Shown here piece after piece: positions 60,231 to 64,000 of a DNA stretch of 64,000 nt. The stretch comes from Candidatus Obscuribacteraceae bacterium. GTDB lineage: Bacteria > Cyanobacteriota > Vampirovibrionia > Obscuribacterales > Obscuribacteraceae. The stretch's first letter is position 1. Each line of letters starts with the position of its first letter. Under the pieces are notes generated by a model, which saw only the letters and a program-made list of their open reading frames with translations, made no database searches and was not told where the DNA came from. A program made the position numbers and the translations under genes. The stretch lies in NCBI GenBank assembly GCA_044226015.1, contig JBGAHS010000008.1, positions 480,001 to 544,000 of the forward strand, given 5' to 3'.

Positions 60231-61667
60231 TTAGTTTGTCTCCTCAAGAACCCAGGTGTCTTTGCTGCCACCACCTTGCGAACTGTTTACGACCAGGCTG
60301 CCTTCTTGAAGAGCAACTCTGGTTAGTCCACCTGGAGTCACGACAACTTTCTTACCGAACAAAATATACGGACGCAAATCAACTCGCCGACCTTCGAAGT
60401 GATCGTCTACAAGACTTGGACACTGACTGAATTCTACGACTGGTTGCGCAATATAATTTCGCGGGTCTTGTGCAATTCTTTTTGCAAATTCTGCGCGTTC
60501 ACTGGCTGTGGCTTGATGACCCATCAACATCCCATAGCCTCCAGATTCGTTTGTAGCTTTCACCACAAGCTGGTCTAGATGCTCAAGCACATACTTCTTA
60601 TCTGAATCTTTCGCACACACGTAAGTAGGAACATTGTTCAGAATAGGCTCTTGTTTGAGATAAAAGCGAATCATATCTGGAACATAAGGATAGACTGCTT
60701 TATCATCAGCAACACCAGTTCCTACTGCGTTTGCCAACGCTATGTTTCCGCAGCGATAAGCATTCATCAAACCAGGAACGCCAAGAATACTATCTGGTCT
60801 AAAGCAAAGCGGGTCGAGGAAGTCATCATCGATTCTGCGATAAATCACATCTACCAAACGCAAACCAGCAGTCGTTCTCATATAAACTTTGCTGTCATCG
60901 AAAATCAAGTCTTTGCCTTCGACAAGCTCAACACCCATTTGCCGTGCCAAAAAACTGTGCTCATAGTAAGCAGAGTTGTAGATGCCCGGCGTTAACACCA
61001 CGATGTTAGGGTCGTCAGTTCGCGAAGGAACCAATTCTTTGAGACATTGCAAAAGATTGAATGGATAGTCCTCTACAGACCTCACGGAATATCGTTCAAA
61101 AAGTTTTGGCATCACGCGCTTCATAACAGCACGATTTTCGATTACGTAACTGACACCACTGGGAGTGCGTCCATTATCTTCAAGAACGAGATAACTTCCA
61201 TCGCGATCGCGAATCAAATCAGTTCCGCAAACATGAATATAGATATCGTTAGGCACATTCACATGAATCATTTCGCGCCTGAACATCTTGGCGCTGTATA
61301 TCATTTCAGCGGGAATGATCTTCTCTCGCAAAATATTTTGCGAATGATAGATGTCTTTGCAGAACATGTTCAGCGCAATAATGCGTTGCTCAAGACCCTT
61401 CTCTATTTTTGCCCAATCAGTCGCTGGCACAATTCGCGGTACAAGATCAAACGGAAAAATACGTTCAACGCCAGACGCATCTTTGTACACTGTAAAGGTG
61501 ATTCCCTGATTTCGAAACGCAATGTCAGCCATTCGGCGACGGCGCTGGAATGACTGATCGTTGAGGCTAGTCAATTGACCAAAAACGGGCTCATAATGAG
61601 GACGTGGAACGCCCTTTTCAAGAAACATTTCGTCGAAAAGACCGTTTATTTCGTATTTGTGGAACAT
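60231..61667 (-). CDS. Circularly permuted type 2 ATP-grasp protein
   Basis: FDEM, GITF.VY, PFDLVPR, VLEDNxRTPSGVSY, YRRIDDDFLDP, GVADDK, PGGLTRVAL, VVNSSQGGGSKDTWV. Confidence 0.93.
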   Translation of the reverse strand: MFHKYEINGLFDEMFLEKGVPRPHYEPVFGQLTSLNDQSFQRRRRMADIAFRNQGITFTVYKDASGVERIFPFDLVPRIVPATDWAKIEKGLEQRIIALNMFCKDIYHSQNILREKIIPAEMIYSAKMFRREMIHVNVPNDIYIHVCGTDLIRDRDGSYLVLEDNGRTPSGVSYVIENRAVMKRVMPKLFERYSVRSVEDYPFNLLQCLKELVPSRTDDPNIVVLTPGIYNSAYYEHSFLARQMGVELVEGKDLIFDDSKVYMRTTAGLRLVDVIYRRIDDDFLDPLCFRPDSILGVPGLMNAYRCGNIALANAVGTGVADDKAVYPYVPDMIRFYLKQEPILNNVPTYVCAKDSDKKYVLEHLDQLVVKATNESGGYGMLMGHQATASERAEFAKRIAQDPRNYIAQPVVEFSQCPSLVDDHFEGRRVDLRPYILFGKKVVVTPGGLTRVALQEGSLVVNSSQGGGSKDTWVLEETN

Positions 61668-61778
61668 TCCGCAGCAACTCCGAAAGCCAAGAAGCTCGCC
61701 CTGCTGCCTCTTGAAACAAGCGTCAATTGTAACCTAAGCAGCCATCAGTCGAATCGCTTGCAGACTGGAATTAAACAA

Positions 61779-62672
61779 TCATTTTCCAATTTCCATGTGC
61801 GTCGAAGAGAAGGTCCGACCAAGCGCATTAGCCCTTGTCTCATCGACTACTTGCCGACCCGCACCGTAGGTTATTTGGACATGGATGCTCTCAACCACAT
61901 GCCCAGCGGAATCCTTCTTCTGGATGTCAACATGCCCACCCTTCCCATCCTGGTCGGTCCCAGTTTCAATTCGAAAACGGGTTGTGACTCTGCCAAGTGA
62001 ATCTTTTACAACGGCATCAGTTAAGGTTCCATTTCCTGGAAGATTACTTGTATCGAAGTGGACAAGCTCCCTTGCTGGACCATTTCCATCCTTGACGACA
62101 AAATCGCCACTTTGACTTGAGGCTTGCTGATAGAGATCAAGTGTTTTTACCTCGGACCCACGCGAATTAGCATATTTGGTAACAGCTTCCGCATGAATCT
62201 GCGCTCCGTTAACCTGCGCTGAAAGCTGGCTGGACCGCTCTAGCCTACCGTTTCGATCCTTTACTGTGGATGTTGAATTGCCCTGAGCATCCGTCTCGGA
62301 ATGAGTGCTTCGAAGACGCCAACCGTTGTAACCAGTACTTTCTGTATCGAAATTGTCTGAGCCGCCTGCGCCTTTGCTCTGCTTGCTCACCTGACAAAGA
62401 AGGACCTGGTCACGCACATTACTGACCGTTGCAGTTGTCACTTTGGAACCACCTTGATCTGTGGTTTCAATGTGTGTTTTCTGAACAGGAATACCTCTGG
62501 CATCTCGTCGCGTGATATCTGCAATGCCGCCGGAAATTTGCTCATTTAGCCGCAGCTCAACATTATTACCAAGGCTGAGATAGACAAGATTCAGGCCTTT
62601 TACACCCAACTTGTCCTCACCAGCAAGCTGAAGATTTACCTCTTCATGCTCAATATCAAAATTTTCCGGCAT
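61779..62672 (-). CDS. Hypothetical beta-rich protein (297 aa) with recurring (K/R)DxxG turns
   Basis: ATG with GAGGGGAG ribosome-binding site; no signal peptide; motifs RDARG, TDAQG, KDRNG, KDGNG, KDSLG, KDSAG. Confidence 0.7.
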   Translation of the reverse strand: MPENFDIEHEEVNLQLAGEDKLGVKGLNLVYLSLGNNVELRLNEQISGGIADITRRDARGIPVQKTHIETTDQGGSKVTTATVSNVRDQVLLCQVSKQSKGAGGSDNFDTESTGYNGWRLRSTHSETDAQGNSTSTVKDRNGRLERSSQLSAQVNGAQIHAEAVTKYANSRGSEVKTLDLYQQASSQSGDFVVKDGNGPARELVHFDTSNLPGNGTLTDAVVKDSLGRVTTRFRIETGTDQDGKGGHVDIQKKDSAGHVVESIHVQITYGAGRQVVDETRANALGRTFSSTHMEIGK

Positions 62673-62804
62673 TTGCTCTCCCCTCGAGGCAGACGCCCAA
62701 CCCTCAATTCGAGTCTATAAATCGAAGGGCGCAAATACATCCGTAAAATCCCCACTATCGATGTGGTCAGGGATAAGTTTATTGTCATTTGCTTGAAAAA
62801 AAAA

Positions 62805-62888
62805 TCGGCGGGACAGGATTTGAACCTGTGGTGCTTTTTACGGTCTTGTTTTACAGACAAGTGCGATCGTCCTCTCCGCCACCCGCCG
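62805..62888 (-). tRNA. trnY: tRNA-Tyr(GTA), C1:G72, CCA not encoded
   Basis: CGGCGGG TG GCGG AGAGGACGA TCGC A CTTGT CT-GTA-AA ACAAG ACCGTAAAAAGCACC ACAGG TTCAAAT CCTGT CCCGCCG A, followed by T9. Confidence 0.88.
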
Positions 62889-62955
62889 CCATACTCTTAA
62901 ATTTCCTCCTGTAATTGATTGGGCTTACTCAGCTCAAAACAGATAACACCATATA

Positions 62956-63032
62956 TGGTGCCGACGGGCGGATTCGAACCGCCAAAACGCTAGTTCTTAG
63001 CCAGCGATGTCTGCCACTTGCATCACGTCGGC
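62956..63032 (-). tRNA. trnL: tRNA-Leu(AAG), short variable arm, CCA encoded
   Basis: GCCGACG TG ATGC AAGTGGCAGA CAT C GCTGG CT-AAG-AA CTAGC GTTTT GGCGG TTCGAAT CCGCC CGTCGGC A CCA. Confidence 0.88.
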
Positions 63033-63036
63033 AAAA

Positions 63037-63110
63037 TCCCGAAAGTCAGATTCGAACTGACACTGAACTCGGCTTAAACGAGCCGCCTCCTGCCGTTGGG
63101 CTATTTCGGG
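63037..63110 (-). tRNA. trnL: tRNA-Leu(TAA), short variable arm, CCA not encoded
   Basis: CCCGAAA TA GCC CAACGGCAGGA GGC G GCTCG TT-TAA-GC CGAGT TCAGT GTCAG TTCGAAT CTGAC TTTCGGG A. Confidence 0.85.
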
Positions 63111-63111
63111 G

Positions 63112-63409
63112 CATCGCAAAATCGGATCCCGCGAGCATCGTGAAATCAGATCCCGCTAACTTCGCAAAATCGGATCCCGCGAACATCACAAAATCGGATC
63201 CCACGAACATCGCAAAATCGGATCCCACGAACATCGCAAAATCGGATCCCACGAACATCGCAAAATCGGATCCCGCAAACTTCGCAAAATCGGATCCCGC
63301 AAACTTCGCAAAATCGGATCCCGCGAACATCACAAAATCGGATCCCACGAACATCGCAAAATCAGATCCCACGAACATCGCAAAATCAGATCCCACGAAC
63401 ATCGTGAAA
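63112..63409. repeat. Tandem repeat, 12 x 24 bp plus a partial unit (consensus CATCGCAAAATCGGATCCCACGAA)
   Basis: Units start at 63112 + 24n up to 63400. Every unit contains GATC. There are no spacers. Confidence 0.95.
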
Positions 63410-63758
63410 CCGCCTCTCTGAGCGGCTAGGAATCAGATCCTAATCAGAGAACGATTCGAGCGTTTGTCATGTCCGACAAGACAATGGTTCAAACCAAAAG
63501 TTCAATAGAGATAATACAGCAGCATGATAAAAATCCTCCAAAGGGCTCATGATGAGACTCAAGACCTCGTCGCGAGCAGAGAAATAAGATTACTTCAAAG
63601 AATACTTGAACTTCACTTCACTACGACGAGACAGCGCCTAAGCTAAATAATAGCTTGGGAGAGGCGCCACGAGGCTCAGCAGTAGTGTATTCATCTTGTT
63701 CATGATTTCATCATAGCATCATAAACGAATTGATCAATAGCAAAATCACGAAGCATGA

Positions 63759-64000
63759 CTATTTATTTCTCGTCTCTTCTGACTTGATCTTAGCCACTGC
63801 AGATTTGAATTTAGCAACTTCATTAGTCAAACCAAACTCATTCAACTTGTTCGCAACCAATTCAATACATTCCTCAGACCTGCTCGAAATTGCGGGAGTC
63901 GCCGCGAGCGACTTCGCAAATCTCTCAGCATCAATGAGTTTGCCTGTCGCCAATTCACCACTGAGAATCATCGAAGCATACTGACTTATCTCCATCCATA
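63759..64000 (-). CDS. 3' end of a helical protein; start probably outside the window
   Basis: The frame of ORF 63759-63995 stays open to the window edge; amphipathic helical sequence ending KSEETRNK*. Confidence 0.55.
   Translation of the reverse strand, partial: WMEISQYASMILSGELATGKLIDAERFAKSLAATPAISSRSEECIELVANKLNEFGLTNEVAKFKSAVAKIKSEETRNK

Noticed and set aside
63112..63409. CRISPR array
   Set aside because: Units are head-to-tail with no unique spacers, and there are no cas genes in the window.
62915..63421. ORFs with KSDPTNIA / FAGSDFAM octapeptide repeats
   Set aside because: They overlap the tRNA-Leu genes and stay open only because the 24-bp unit has no stop in those frames; no convincing RBS.
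63421..63660. Further pseudo-tRNAs upstream of the tandem repeat (T-arm-like fragments near 63426 and 63551)
   Set aside because: I could not fold a cloverleaf; only short degenerate hairpins.
63684..63712. Sigma70 promoter for the tRNA array (minus-strand TACACT)
   Set aside because: No acceptable -35 element at the expected spacing; unsupported without TSS data.
62600..64000. Prophage or integrative element at the tRNA genes
   Set aside because: No integrase, att duplication or phage genes are visible in the window.

Overview
Bacterial chromosomal window. The gene content suggests a non-photosynthetic cyanobacterial relative such as Melainabacteria/Obscuribacterales, but that is inference only. 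About 38 kb is taken up by two tandem, minus-strand giant secreted Gly/Ser/Thr/Asn-rich beta-repeat proteins. One is a complete 8124-aa ORF (14476-38850). The other is at least 4636 aa (starts at 13908 and runs off the left edge) and is missing from the ORF track. They share a ~370-400 aa N-terminal domain ending in Asp-Pro, and no TpsB, T1SS or autotransporter partner is visible. Next come a small TPR protein, a fused double histidine kinase whose halves are complementarily defective (module 1: intact ATPase domain, no phospho-His; module 2: intact His, degenerate ATPase domain), and a REC-GGDEF protein with a degenerate active site but intact RxxD I-site. After these are a transporter/hydantoinase/DUF309 operon, CvpA, two membrane Ser/Thr kinases, a lipoprotein, a 123-bp-period palindromic repeat, a nucleosidase and a circularly permuted ATP-grasp/alpha-E/transglutaminase operon. 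The right end holds three atypical tRNA genes: two short-variable-arm tRNA-Leu (one with anticodon AAG) and a tRNA-Tyr with C1:G72. A 12 x 24-bp tandem repeat sits directly upstream of them. All calls come from reading the sequence; no database searches were run.
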